From assembly GCF_036365525.1 (NCBI RefSeq), contig NC_090419.1, positions 13,020,001 through 13,084,000 on the forward strand: a stretch of 64,000 nt of DNA. The letters are read 5' to 3'. Position numbers and translations under genes: made by a program. The notes under the pieces are model-generated. The model did no database searches. It was not told where the DNA came from and saw only the letters and a list, made by a program, of their open reading frames with translations. Below are positions 1-13,573 of the stretch, piece after piece; position 1 is the stretch's first letter, and every line of letters starts with the position of its first letter. This DNA comes from Heterodontus francisci (taxonomy: Eukaryota).

Positions 1-3000
1 ATACAGTCTGGCATTGAATGCAATAGAGACTGGAACTGAATGCAATAGAGACTGGCAATGAATGCAATAGAGTCTGGCAATGAATACAATAGAGTCTGGC
101 ACTGAATGCAATACGGTCTGGCACTGAATGCAATACGGTCTGGCATTGAATGCAATACGGTCTGGCATTGAATGCAATACGGTCTGGCACTGAATGCAAT
201 AGAGACTGGCATTGAATGCAATAGAGGCTGGCTCTGAATGCAATACAGTCTTGCATTTTATACAATAGAGACTGACACTGAATGCAATACAGTCTGGCAT
301 TGAATGCAATAGAGACTGGCTCTGAATGCAATAGAGACTGGCTCTGAATGCAATAGAGACTGGCTCTGAATGCAATACAGTCTTGCATTTTATACAATAG
401 AGACTGACACTGAATGCAATACAGTCTGGCATTGACTGCAATAGAGACTGGTACTGAATACAATACAGTCTGGCACTGAATGCAATAGAGACTGGCACTG
501 AATGCAATAGAGACTGGCACTGAATGCAATACAGTCTGGCACTGAATGCAATAGAGACTGGCATTGAATACAATACAGTCGGGCATTGAATGCAATAGAG
601 ACTGGCATTGAGTGCAATAGAGACTGGCACTGAATACAATACAGTCGGGCATTGAATGCAATAGAGACTGGCACTGTAAACAATACAGTCTGGCAATGAA
701 TACAATAGAGACTGACTTTGAGTGCAATAGAGACTGGCACTGAATACAATACAGTCGGGCATTGAATGCAATAGAGACTGGCACTGTAAACAATACAGTC
801 TGGCAATGAATACAATAGAGACTGACTTTGAGTGCAATAGAGACTGGCACTGAATACAATACAGTCTTGCATTGAATACTATAGAGACTGGCACTGTAAG
901 CAATACAGTCTGGCACTGAATGCAATAGAGACTGGCACTTTCAACAATACAGTCTTGCATTGAATACAATAGAGACTGACTTTGAGTGCAATAGAGACTG
1001 GCACTGAATACAATACAGTCTGGCACTGAATGCAATATAGACTGGCACTGAATGCAATAGAGACGGGCACTGAATGCAATACAGTCTGGCACTGAATACA
1101 ATACAGTCTGGCATTGAATGCAATACAGTCTGGCACTAAATGCAATATAGACTGGCACTGAATGCAATAGAGACTGGCACTGAATACAATACAGTCTGGC
1201 ACTAAATGCAATATAGACTGGCACTGAATGCAATAGAGACTGGCATTGAATACAATACAGTCTGGCATTGAATGCAATACAGTCTGGCACTAAATGCAAT
1301 ATAGACTGGCATTGAATACAATAGAGACTGGCATTGAATACAATAGAGACTGGCACTGAATACAATAGAGACTGGCACTGAATACAATACAGTCTGGCAT
1401 TGAATGCAATACAGTCTGGCATTGAATGCAATACAGTCTGGCATTGAATACAATACAGTCTGGCACTAAATGCAATATAGACTGGCATTGAATACAATAG
1501 AGACTGGCACTGAATACAATACAGTCTGGCATTGAATGCAATACAGTCTGGCATTGAATACAATAGAGACTGGCACTGAATACAATACAGTCTGGCACTG
1601 AATACAATACAGTCTGGCACTGAATACAATACAGTCTGGCATTGAATGCAATACAGTCTGGCACTAAATGCAATATAGACTGGCACTGAATGCAATAGAG
1701 ACTGTCACTGAATGCAATAGAGACTGGCATTGAATGCAATAGAGACTGGCATTGAATACAATACAGTCTTGCATTGAATACAATAGAGACGGGCACTAAA
1801 TGCAATAGAGACTGGCATTGAATACAATAGAGACGGGCACTAAATGCAATATAGACTGGCAATGAATGCAATAGAGACTGGCATTGAATACAATACAGTC
1901 TTGCATTGAATACAATAGAGACTGGCACTGAATACAATACAGTCTGGCACTGAATACAATACAGTCTGGCATTGAATGCAATACAGTCTGGCACTAAATG
2001 CAATATAGACTGGCAATGAATGCAATAGAGACTGGCATTGAATACAATACAGTCTTGCATTGAATACAATAGAGACTGGCATTGAATACAATAGAGACTG
2101 GCATTGAATACAATACAGTCTTGCATTGAATACAATAGAGACGGGCACTAAATGCAATACAGTCTGGCACTGAATACAATACAGTCTGGCACTGAATACA
2201 ATACAGTCTGGCATTGAATGCAATACAGTCTGGCACTAAATGCAATATAGACTGGCACTGAATGCAATAGAGACTGGCATTGAATACAATACAGTCTTGC
2301 ATTGAATACAATAGAGACTGGCACTGAATACAATACAGTCTGGCACTGAATACAATACAGTCTGGCATTGAATGCAATACAGTCTGGCACTAAATGCAAT
2401 ATAGACTGGCACTGAATGCAATAGAGACTGGCATTGAATACAATACAGTCTTGCATTGAATACAATAGAGACTGGCACTGAATACAATACAGTCTGGCAC
2501 TGAATACAATACAGTCTGGCACTGAATACAATACAGTCTGGCATTGAATGCAATACAGTCTGGCACTAAATGCAATATAGACTGGCACTGAATGCAATAG
2601 AGACTGGCATTGAATACAATACAGTCTTGCATTGAATACAATAGAGACTGGCACTGAATACAATACAGTCTGGCACTGAATACAATACAGTCTGGCATTG
2701 AATGCAATACAGTCTGGCACTAAATGCAATATAGACTGGCACTGAATGCAATAGAGACTGGCATTGAATACAATACAGTCTTGCATTGAATACAATAGAG
2801 ACTGGCACTGAATACAATACAGTCTGGCACTGAATACAATACAGTCTGGCACTGAATACAATACAGTCTGGCACTGAATACAATACAGTCTGGCATTGAA
2901 TGCAATACAGTCTGGCACTAAATGCAATATAGACTGGCACTGAATGCAATAGAGACTGGCATTGAATACAATACAGTCTTGCATTGAATACAATAGAGAC

Positions 3001-6000
3001 TGGCACTGAATACAATACAGTCTGGCACTGAATACAATACAGTCTGGCATTGAATGCAATACAGTCTGGCACTAAATGCAATATAGACTGGCACTGAATG
3101 CAATAGAGACTGGCATTGAATACAATACAGTCTTGCATTGAATACAATAGAGACTGGCACTGAATACAATACAGTCTGGCACTGAATACAATACAGTCTG
3201 GCACTGAATGCAATACAGTCTGGCACTGAATGCAATATAGACTGGCACTGAATGCAATAGAGACTGGCATTGAATACAATACAGTCTTGCATTGAATACA
3301 ATAGAGACTGGCACTGAATGCAATACTGACTGGCACTGAATGCAATAGAGACTGGCACTGAATACAATAGAGACTGACACTGAATGCAATACTGACTGGC
3401 ACTGAATACAATAGAGACTGGCACTGAATGCAATACTGACTGGCACTGAATACAATAGAGACTGGCTCTGAATACAATACAGTCTTGCATTGAATACAAT
3501 AGAGACTGGCACTGAATACAATAGAGACTGGCACTGAATACAATAGAGACTGGCACTGAATGCAATAGAGACTGGCACTGAATGCAATAGAGACTGGCAC
3601 TGAATGCAATAGAGACTGGCTCTGAATACAATACAGTCTTGCATTGAATACAATAGAGACTGGCACTGAATACAATAGAGAATGGCTCTGAATACAATAC
3701 AGTCTTGCATTGAATACAATAGAGACTGGCACTGAATACAATACAGTCTGGCACTGAATGCAATACAGTCTGGCACTGAATGCAATATAGACTGGCACTG
3801 AATGCAATAGAGACGGGCACTGAATGCAATACAGTCTGGCATTGAATGCAATACAGTCTGGCACTGAATGCAATAGAGACTGGCACTGAATGCAATAGAG
3901 ACGGGCACTGAATGCAATAGAGACGGGCACTGAATGCAATACAGTCTGGCATTGAATGCAATACAGTCTGGCACTGAATGCAATAGAGACTGGCACTGAA
4001 TACAATAGAGACTGGCACTGAATACAATAGAGACTGGCTCTGAATACAATACAGTCTTGCATTGAATACAATAGAGACTGGCACTGAATACAATAGAGAA
4101 TGGCTCTGAATACAATACAGTCTTGCATTGAATACAATAGAGACTGGCACTGAATACAATACAGTCTGGCACTGAATGCAATACAGTCTGGCACTGAATG
4201 CAATATAGACTGGCACTGAATGCAATAGAGACGGGCACTGAATGCAATACAGTCTGGCATTGAATGCAATACAGTCTGGCACTGAATGCAATAGAGACTG
4301 GCACTGAATGCAATAGAGACGGGCACTGAATGCAATAGAGACGGGCACTGAATGCAATAGAGTCTGGCATTGAATACAATAGAGACTGGAACTGAATACA
4401 ATAGAGACTGGCACTGAATACAATACAGTCTGGCATTGAATGCAATAGAGACTGGCACTGAATGCAATAGAGACTGGCACTGAATACAATAGAGACTGGC
4501 ACTGAATACAATAGAGACTGGCACTAAATGCAATATAGACTGGCACTGAATACAATAGAGACTGGCACTGAATACAATACAGTCTGGCACTGAATACAAT
4601 ACAGTCTGGCATTGAATGCAACACAGTCTGGCACTGAATGCAATATAGTCTGGCACTGAATGCAATAGAGACTGGCACTGAATGCAATACAGTCTGGCAT
4701 TGAATGCAATAGAGACTGGCACTGAATGCAATAGAGACTGGCACTGAATGCAATAGAGTCTTGCATTGAATACAATAGAGACTGGCACTGAATACAGTAG
4801 AGACTGGCACTGAATACAATACAGTCTGGCACTGAATACAATACAGTCTGGCATTGAATGCAATACAGTCTGGCACTAAATGCAATATAGACTGGCACTG
4901 AATGCAATAGAGACTGTCACTGAATGCAATAGAGACGGGCACTGAATGCAATACAGTCTGGCATTGAATGCAATAGAGACTGGATCTGAATGCAATAGAG
5001 ACTGGCATTGAATGCAATACAGTCTTGCATTTTATACAATAGAGACTGACACTGAATGCAATACAGTCTGGTATTGAATGCAATAGAGACTGGTACTGAA
5101 TACAATAGAGACTGGCATTGAATGCAATACAGTCGGGCATTGAATGCAATAGAGACTGGCACTGAATACAATACAGTCGGGCATTGAATGCAATAGAGAT
5201 TGGCACTGTAAACAATACAGTCTGGCAATGAATACAATAGAGACTGACTGAGTGCAATAGAGACTGGCACTGAATGCAATAGACTGGCACTGAATACAAT
5301 ACAGTCTTGCATTGAATACTGTGGAGACTGGCACTGTAAGCAATACAGTCTGGCACTGAATGCAATAGAGACTGGCACTGTAAACAATACAGTCTTGCAT
5401 TGAATACAATCGAGACTGACTTTGAGTGCAATAAAGACTGGCACTGAATGCAATAGAGACTGGCACTGAATACAATACAGTCTTGCATTGAATGCAATAG
5501 AGACTAGCACTGTGAACAATACAGTCTTGCAATGAATACAATACTGACTTTGAGTGCAATAGAGACTGGCTCTGAATACAATACAGTCTGGCATTGAATA
5601 CAATAGAGACTGGCAATTAATACAATACAGTCTGGCATTGAATGCAACAGAGACTGGCATTGAATGCAACAGACTGGCCCTGAATGCAATAGAGACTGGT
5701 AATGAATACAATACAGTCTGGCATTGAATACAATAGAGACTGGCAATTAATACAATACAGTCTGGCATTGAATGCAACAGAGACTGGCATTGAATGCAAC
5801 AGACTGGCCCTGAATGCAATAGAGACTGGCAATGAATACAATACAGTCTGGCATTGAATACAATAGAGACTGGCAATTAATACAATACAGTCTGGCACTG
5901 AATGCAACAGAGACTGGCATTAAATGCAACAGACTGGCCCTGAATGCAATAGAGACTGGCATTGAACACAATACAGTCTTGCATTGAATGCAATAGCGAC

Positions 6001-6220
6001 TGGCACTCTAAGCAATACAGTCTGGCACTGAATGCAACAGAGACTGGCATTAAATGCAACAGACTGGCCCTGAATGCAATAGAGACTGGCATTAAATGCA
6101 ACAGACTGGCCCTGAATGCAATAGAGACTGGCAATGAATACAATACAGTCTGGCACTGAATGCAATAGAGACTGGCCCTGAATGCAATAGAGACTGGCAC
6201 TGAATACAATACAATCTGGC
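1..6220. repeat. 22-bp satellite array (consensus ~ACTGGCACTGAATGCAATAGAG), in intron 1 of the UBE2N-like gene
   Basis: 22-bp periodicity with variant units (ATACAGTC/ATAGAGAC, TGCA/TACA) is visible directly. The array continues past the window start. Confidence 0.97.
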
Positions 6221-6496
6221 ATTATAGGGACTGAGACTGGAATTGAAGATCATAGACTGGCCCTGAAGGTTGTGGGTGGGTTGCAGCCGGCTCTTGTGCA
6301 CTCCTCCCCTGGCTTGGCTGAGACTCCTCGCCCGAGGCTTCAGCTGCTGTGAGGCCCAGCTCAGCCTGGGAAGCTGCCTGCAGGAAGAGGGTGGGGGAGG
6401 CGAGGGGGATCTGCCCCCCCTGCAGCATCCACAGCCACTACCTCTCCCTGCACTGGAGCCCGGGGCCCACCGCCTCTCCCCCTCTCTCCCATTTAC

Positions 6497-6526
6497 CTTC
6501 ACGATGCGCCGCGGCAGCCCAGCCAT
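6497..6526 (-). CDS. UBE2N: UBE2N/Ubc13-like E2 ubiquitin-conjugating enzyme, first coding exon (MAGLPRRIVK)
   Basis: Minus strand reads ATG GCT GGG CTG CCG CGG CGC ATC GTG AAG then donor GTAAAT. This matches the UBE2N N-terminus MAGLPRRIIK and its 30-nt first coding exon, inside a CpG island. The rest of the gene lies outside the window. Confidence 0.8.
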
Positions 6527-6599
6527 GTCCACCCGACTCGCAGCCAGACACATACAGTCTGGGAGCCGCTTCACAGTGGGGTGTGGGGGGGCCGACACA

Positions 6600-7285
6600 G
6601 CGCCATTGGCGGCCTGGAAGACCTGCCGGCGACCAGCGGTGGCACCGCCGCCCTGCCGACCGGAGGACCAGACTGCAGCCGGGAGGACCGCGGTCGCAGC
6701 GCCACCTGCTGATCGGAGGACCAAACTGCGTCTGGGCAGGACCGGCGGTGGCTGCGCCGCCTGCTGCTCGGAGGGCCAAACCGCAGCTGGGAGGACCGCG
6801 AAAGCAGCGCCGCCTGCTGCTCGGAGGGCCGGACTGCAGCTGGGAGGACCGCGGTCGCAGCGCATCCTGCTGCTGGGAGGATCAACTGCCGCTGAGAGGG
6901 CCGGATGTGGCGGCACCCCTCCCCGCTCCACCCCACCCCGGCCCGCTGCTGAGAGGACCGGCGGTGGCCGCACCGCCTGGTGCTTGGAGGACCGCACTGC
7001 ATTTGGGAGGACCGGATTTGGCAGCACCTCTACACCCCCCTCCCCCCCCCACAAAACCCGCTGCTGTGAGGACCGGCGGTGACAGCGCCGCCTGATGCTC
7101 GGTGGACCGCACTGTCGCTGGGAGGACCGGCGGTGCTGAGAGGAGCGAACTCCAAGTGGGAGGACCTACCTGCCACAGGCCGAGGTATCACACCTGCTGG
7201 TGGGAGGACCAAACTGCAGGCGGGAGGACCAAACTGCCTCAGGCAGTGGCATCACTCCTAGGGGTGGGAGGACCAAACTGCTGGG
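6600..7285. repeat. Degenerate ~54-bp GC-rich tandem repeat in the UBE2N-like 5'/CpG-island region
   Basis: Recurring GGGAGGACCGCGGTCGCAGCGCCGCCTGCTG... units start near 6681, 6735, 6789 and 6842. Confidence 0.75.
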
Positions 7286-7289
7286 GAAA

Positions 7290-8935
7290 TCACAATCATA
7301 GAACGGCTGCAGCGCAGGAGGCCATTGGGCCCATCACATCCATGCCAGCTCTCTCCAAGAACAATTCACTTAGTCCCGTTTTCCCCACCCTCTCCCCATA
7401 CCCCTGCAAACTTTTTTTTTCTTCAGATAATCATCCAATTCCCTTTGGAAAGTCACAATTGAATCCGCCGCTCAGACAGTGCATTCCAGATCCTAAGCAC
7501 TTGCCGCGTAAAAAGGTTTTTCATGTTGCTGTTGCTTCTTTTACCCAAACAGCATTTTATACAGTTACATCCTCACTTCCTTATTCTGGTACCACCCCTA
7601 CATCGAAGGAGGATTGGCCAGCGGCTCCGCAATTTCCACCCTTACTTCCTTCAGTATCCTCGGATGCATCCCATCTGGTCCTGGTGACTTATCAACTCTA
7701 AGCACAGCCAGTGTTTCTAATACCTCCTCTTTATCACTTTTTTTAGTCCATCTGGTGTCTCAATTACATCTGCTTTCACTAAGACTTTGGCCAGCATCTT
7801 CTTCCTTGGTAAAGACAGATGCAGATTACCCATCTCTGTCTCCATGCATAAATCCCTTTCTAGGTCCTTAATCAGCCCCACTCCTCCTTTTACTACTTAT
7901 CTGCCTATAGAAGATCCTTTTATTTTAGCTGCCACTCTCTTCTCACACTCTCGCTTTTATGATCCTGTAGTTTTTTTTTCAGGAAGAATGCAATGTGCCT
8001 TTAAGGCTGGAAAAAGAGCCATACTGCATTAAAGCAGCAAGCTCTAAAGACTGTCAAAGAATGCATTCTCATTAGCTTGGATACAGCCACTCGGACTGAG
8101 CATCAAGAGATACATTTGTTACAATTTAATTTTGAGCTGGCTTATAGTGCAAACAGCCTGTTCTAACAGAGGACATAGACAGACAGCTGTGCATTAGCAC
8201 CTGAAAAGAGCTCTCAGCTAATTTAAACTGAAGGAAGGGAAGTTACTGTGACAACCTTTTATCCCTCAAACATTCTGAAGCCAGATTGATTCTACTGAAA
8301 GTGGTTGCGAGTTGTTGATCTACTGTAGTCATCGCTGGAGAAGGAAAGCATCACTTACTGCTGGAATTAAGACTACGGACTGTTCTACTGTTGAAGAAAC
8401 TTCTTTCTCCCCAGCAGATGGCTGAGGACTTCAAGCAATCTTGGACTTTTTTGTCTCCGGCAGGAACGTAAATTTGCAAGGATTCTAATTTTTCTATTTT
8501 AACTGTTGTTTAAATCTTAGGATTGTTTACAAATGTAGTTTTCCTAATTAAAATAGTTAATTTGTTGATTTAAAGACACCTGGTTTGATTAGCCTTATTC
8601 GGGGGTCAATAGATAATACAATTTGGCTGGGTCTTTAATTTGGAAAGTTTAAAATGATATGTTAGGCGATCTGTGAAGGGACGGGACTGAATTAACAGTG
8701 CATTTCTCCCACCACAATCAGAATCGTATATTTTGATTGGGGGCTTTGACTGGAGCGGTCAACCATAACACTTTACTTCTCATGTTTTTTCACTCTGATA
8801 TTCAGCCTGGTTCTCAATTGTATTACCCACCTGACATGTGTCATATGCACCCTGTTTCTGCTTCATCTTACTCTCTACCTCTTTCGCCATCCAGGGAGCT
8901 CTGGATCAGTTCGCCCGACCTTTCCCCCTTGTGAG
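7290..8935 (-). mobile_element. Decayed CR1 LINE fragments, interrupted by an LTR-like insert
   Basis: Reverse-complement CR1 3' end (ATCATAGAA...GGAGGCCATT...CCCATC) and ORF2 remnants (GGATGCATCCCATCTGGTCCTGGTGACTTATC = DKSPGPDGMHP). Confidence 0.7.
7955..8770 (+). mobile_element. Probable solo LTR (Gypsy-like)
   Basis: Ends are T(t)TTATG...CATAACA, a near-perfect TG..CA terminal inverted repeat. It interrupts a CR1 fragment and shares sequence with 22322-23283 in opposite orientation. No clear target-site duplication. Confidence 0.55.
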
Positions 8936-9082
8936 ACATGTGACCAAAAAAAACACTAAATATTCAGTTCTTCCTCACCACTGTGGGAAGCATGTGGCTT
9001 AACAATCAGCATTTACGATTCCTTTAATTCAGAAAGTGTCAGCATTTCACAATTTTGGAGACACTCCCTTAACAGTGCAAGA

Positions 9083-11270
9083 TCATAGAAATAGGAGTAG
9101 GCCATTCAGCCCATCGAGCATGCTCCGCCATTCAATAAGATCATGACTGATATGACAGCGGCCTCGACTCCACTTTCATACCTGCCACCCCCACCCACCG
9201 ATAACCCTCGACTCCAGGGGAAACATCCTCTCAGCATCTACCCTGTCAAGCCCCCTCAGAACCTTGTTTCAATAAAATCACCTCTTTCTTCTAAACTCCG
9301 ATGGGCGTAGGCTCAACCTTTCCTCATAAGACAACCCCTTCATCACAGGAATCGGCCCAGTGAACCTTCTGTGAACTTCCTCCAATGCAAGTATATCCCT
9401 CTTTAAATAAGGAGACCAAAACTGTACATGGTACTCTAGGTGCGGTCTCACCAATGCCTTGTTCAGTTGGAACAAGACTTCCCTACTTTTAAAGTCCATT
9501 CCCTCTTGCAATAAAGGCCAACATTCCATTTGCCTTCCAAATGACTTGCACACTACTTTTTTTGATTCGCGTACAAGGACACACAGGTCCCACAGTTCCA
9601 CAGCATTCTGTAGTTTCTTTCCTGTAAATATTTTGCATTTCTACACTTCCCAAAGTGGATAACGTCATTTTCCCAATTATACTCCATCTGCCAAATTTTC
9701 ACCCACTCACTTACCTATCGATCTCTTTGCAGACTCCTCACAACTTGCTTTCTGACCTATCTTTGTAGCCTCACATTTGGCTACAATACACTCAATCCCT
9801 TCATCCAAGTCATTAATATAGATCATAAAGAGTTGAGGACCCAGCACTGATCCCCATGACAACTTGAAAGTGCTCCATTTACCCCGACTCTTTCCTGTTA
9901 GCTAGCCCATCCTCTATCCATGCAAATGTATCACCCCCAACACCATGAACTCTCATCCTGTGTAGTAATCTTTTGTGTGGCACCTTATCAAACACCTTTT
10001 GGAATCCAAATACGCTACATCTACCAGTTCTCCTTTACCCGCACATTACATCCTCAAAGAACTCCAATAAATTTGTCAAACACGACTTCCCTTTCATAAA
10101 ACCATGGTGGCTCTGCCGGATTAGAAAATCATAATACAAAGGTCCCGCTATTACCTCCTTTTTAGTGGATTCTAACATTTTCCCAATGACAGATGTTGGG
10201 AAACTGTCAGCCAGTTAGCCTCCTTTCTTGAGTAGAGGTGTTACATTTGCAGTTTTCCCAATCCACTGGGACCTTTCGAAGATTACAACCAATGCTTCCA
10301 CTATCGCTGCAGCCACTTCTTTTCAGACCCTAGGATGCAGGCCATCAGGTCCAGGGGGACTGGTCAGCCTTTAGTCCAGTTAGTTTTCCTAGTACTTTTG
10401 CCTCTAGTGATATTTTTAAGTTCCTCCATCCCTTTTGCCTCAAGTTTCACAAAATACTTGTTCAAAGTCTCCGCCATTTCCTTGTTTCCCATTAATACCC
10501 CAGTCACATCCTCTAAAAGACGAACACTTACTTTAGCTACTCTCTTACTTTTCACATACTTGTAAAAGCTCTTAGGGTCTGGATTTATCTTTCTTGCTAG
10601 TTTGCTCTCAATCATCCCCTGCTTGTTTTTAAAACTTTCCCCAATCTTCTGGCCTACCATTAATCTGTGCAGCATTGTACACCTTATCTTTCAGTTTGAT
10701 ACCATCCTTAATTTGTTTACCACGGATGGCACATCTTCAGTCTTTCTTCCTCAATGGAAGATATCTTTAAGTTATGAAATATCTCTTTAAACGTCTGCCA
10801 CTGCTTCTCTACTATCCTACTTTTAAATTTATTTTCCTAGTCCACCTTAGCCAACTTTGTTTTCGTACCCTTGTAACTGCCTTTATTTAGGTTTAAGACA
10901 CTCATTTCAGACACGAACTTCTCACCCTCAAACGGAACGTGAAATTCTATTGTTATGATCACTCTTGCCCAAGAGGATCCTTTACTGAGGTCACTTATTA
11001 ATCTCCTCATTACACATTACCAGGTCTAAAATAGCCTGCTCCTGAGTTGGTTCCAGAATGTATTTGTTTTAAGAACCTGTCCCTAATATGCTATCCTCCA
11101 GGCTATCTCTGCCAATTTGATTAATCCGATCTATATGACTATTAAAATCACCCACTATCACATTTCCTGCAAGCCCCCATTATAACTCGATTTATTTTCA
11201 GTCCTACAGCATAGTTACTGTTAAGGGAGAGTGGGGGGCCCTATAAACTACTCCCACTAGTGCATGCAAT
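9083..11270 (-). mobile_element. Decayed CR1 LINE (ORF2 RT remnants plus 3' end)
   Basis: ORF fragments such as ALVRPHLEYHVQFWSPYLKRD and NPDPKSFYKYVKSKRVAK, plus a CR1 3' tail at ~9083-9160. Confidence 0.9.
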
Positions 11271-11341
11271 GATGTTCGAGAGACAGGTTTGATATGTAAT
11301 GCACACTCCTGTACCCACTGTGGTCAATGTGGAATGCATCA

Positions 11342-11380
11342 TTTATTAATTTGGATATGTTCATTACAAAGACATTTATT
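11342..11380 (-). terminator. Candidate EBP polyadenylation signals (AATAAA x2)
   Basis: TTTATT on the + strand at 11342-11347 and 11375-11380, ~800 bp downstream of the EBP stop. Confidence 0.45.
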
Positions 11381-12173
11381 GAAATACAATCAATCAGAGC
11401 AGCACAGCATCAGTCTGATTCCAGGCCATAATAAGAAGTGTTCAGAACCTCACACCTACCACGCATTTCAAACTGCATGAGGGATACACTGAAACAATCT
11501 AACCCCGTCCCGATTTCTCCTCTTCTGAAGGTTTTGATTCTGGTTGGCGTACGGCCGCATGGGAGCCAACCGAGCCCCCCCCCCCCCCTTCTCGCGCAGG
11601 TCCTCTGGCACCAGCCACCCTCCAGGATGGCACTGGGGCGCAGGCTCAATACAAAAAGGGTCAAGTGGAACCAAGCTCGGGTCAAAGGTTGCAGCAAGGA
11701 GAGGACAGAGACCAACCACAATTGGACTCAATGGCACAGGCCAAGGCTGGAGGGGCCTCCTCCTGCCCCTGGCAGGGAGGAAGTATTTTCGCCCTCTTGG
11801 CCCCAGAAACCCTACAGGCAAAGGCCCCCCCCCGCCCCCGAGAGGAAGCAGTTGCATAGGTGGCTTGTTTGCTTGACCGGTTAAAAATAAAAATAAAAAA
11901 AGTCGAGTTTCAGAGGAGCAAAGACCATGGTGGCACCGTTGAGAGAGACTGGGGCAGTACGAGTCGTGGTAGTTGACCTCAATAAAAGAGAAACGAGCCA
12001 CAGGAATGAGACAGGCACATTGGTGGACGGCCGAGAGGCTCCGAGGCCAACTGTGTCCTGATGGCCAGGGGGCCGCGTGTCGTGTTGCAGATCCCAGGGC
12101 CCCAGCGAGGATTGGGCAGCAGGTGTGAGAGGGCAGGAGGAAAGACAGGACAGTCCCCGCTGCCCGCCTTCCC

Positions 12174-12403
12174 TCATGCAGCCTTGGACTTGCCACTGGC
12201 GCGGGGGCACTCCAGGTCGACCGCTCGCTGTGCCCGGCTGAGGTTGACCCAGGCGTCCAGGATGAGGATGCTCGGGATGACAATCCAGAGCGAATTCATG
12301 AAGATAAAGTAGAACCAGAAATACAAAGGGTGCCCGAGATCACTGTGGCTGAAGCCGTCTCGGTATTCAGTGTAGAAGTAGAGCACATCACCGTAGAGCT
12401 GGC
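12174..12403 (-). CDS. EBP: EBP (3-beta-hydroxysteroid delta8,delta7-isomerase) last coding exon
   Basis: [44 protein letters not shown]...SKAA*, with a CAG acceptor and a C-terminal basic tail. Confidence 0.96.
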
Positions 12404-12641
12404 CTGCGGAGAGAGGACAACAGTGAAACTGAAGGTACAGCATGGGGTCAGATGGAGAGTAAAGCTCCCACTACGCTGCTCAGTCCCAGATCCCAGCAGT
12501 AGTATGGGAGCAAGGTCGCGACTGTGAAACTGCACTGGCACGGAGGACGCAAACTCTCAGTCCGTGCATCAATCAGTGGCCCCAACAATGCTCCTCCAAC
12601 CAGGGAGTCAAAATCGGCAACTGAAACCTCGGGGGTCTTAC

Positions 12642-12772
12642 CCAGGGAGACGATAAGTTGCAGGACAAAACGGTACGGCTTATTCTGCAGGAAAGCCACA
12701 ACAGTCCAGGCACTCAGCGGACCCCAGGTCCACGCGGTAATGGTCTCCATGCACACTGTGAAGTTGTCAGCA
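12642..12772 (-). CDS. EBP: EBP coding exon 3 (131 nt)
   Basis: [44 protein letters not shown], with CAG/GTAAG boundaries. Confidence 0.96.
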
Positions 12773-13040
12773 CTGCAGAGAGTGAAAGATTAAAAAAAAA
12801 AATAGCATAACTAGGAAAGATCTCTCATCATCTTTGTGGTACAATTCTCTGCTATATTTCCTGTCCTTTCAGGGTGGACTCAATCAATTTTTTTTTTTGT
12901 ATATAAACGGTTATGTTCTGATCGCTATTGCCTAGATGCTCCTCTATGCTGACTTTTCTCATCAGCTCTAGTTCGCAGCACCCAACAGCAATTCCTCCCT
13001 TGTTGGGCTTATGTGCTGTCTAAGAAAACAGTTTGAATTG

Positions 13041-13405
13041 TTGCACAGCGGTCACATTACTGGACTGGTAATTCAGAGTCCCGATTAGAGATCTGGAGAC
13101 ACGAGTTCAAATCCCACCACGGCAGCTGGGAGCAATTTAAATTCAATTAAACAAATCTGAAATAAAGTTAGTGACTACAAAAACTACCTGACTGGCATAC
13201 AAAACCCAGCTGGTTCACTCATCCTTTAGGGAAGGAAATCTGCTGTCCTTTCCCGGTCTGGCCAGTGTGTGACTCCTGACCCACAGCAATGCGGTTGACT
13301 CTTAACTACCTTCTGAAATGGTACAGTGTCAAGGACAATTAGAGATGGGCAAGAAAATGCTCGACTTGCCAGCGACACCCAAATCCCAAGAAGGATTTTT
13401 TTTTT
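13041..13405 (+). mobile_element. tRNA-derived SINE in an EBP intron
   Basis: B-box GAGTTCAAATCCCACC. The 3' tail (GATGGGCAA...GCCAGCGACACCCAAATCCC) is shared with the LINE end at 23612-23997. Confidence 0.7.
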
Positions 13406-13536
13406 TTTATACAGTATAAATTTGCCACTTTCCCTTACACAGGCATTCTTGCGGATTGTCCTGATGAGAGCAAGACGGAAATCTTCGCCAGGTCTCCATT
13501 TTCAGCAATACTCACATGCAAGTTTCGTGTACTCAC

Positions 13537-13573
13537 GTGACATATCTGCTGTCGCCCTTGGCGTACTCCTTCC
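13537..13573 (-). CDS. EBP: EBP coding exon 2 (37 nt)
   Basis: (W)KEYAKGDSRYV(T), with CAG/GTGAGT boundaries and phases consistent with flanking exons. Confidence 0.96.

Noticed and set aside
390-6222. Long Cys-rich ORFs (up to 859 aa) on the minus strand
   Set aside because: Translations of the 22-bp satellite, open in all three frames, with no gene structure.
6092-7212. GC-rich ORFs of 250-320 aa
   Set aside because: Products of the CpG island and 54-bp repeats. Only the 10-codon UBE2N-like exon is supported.
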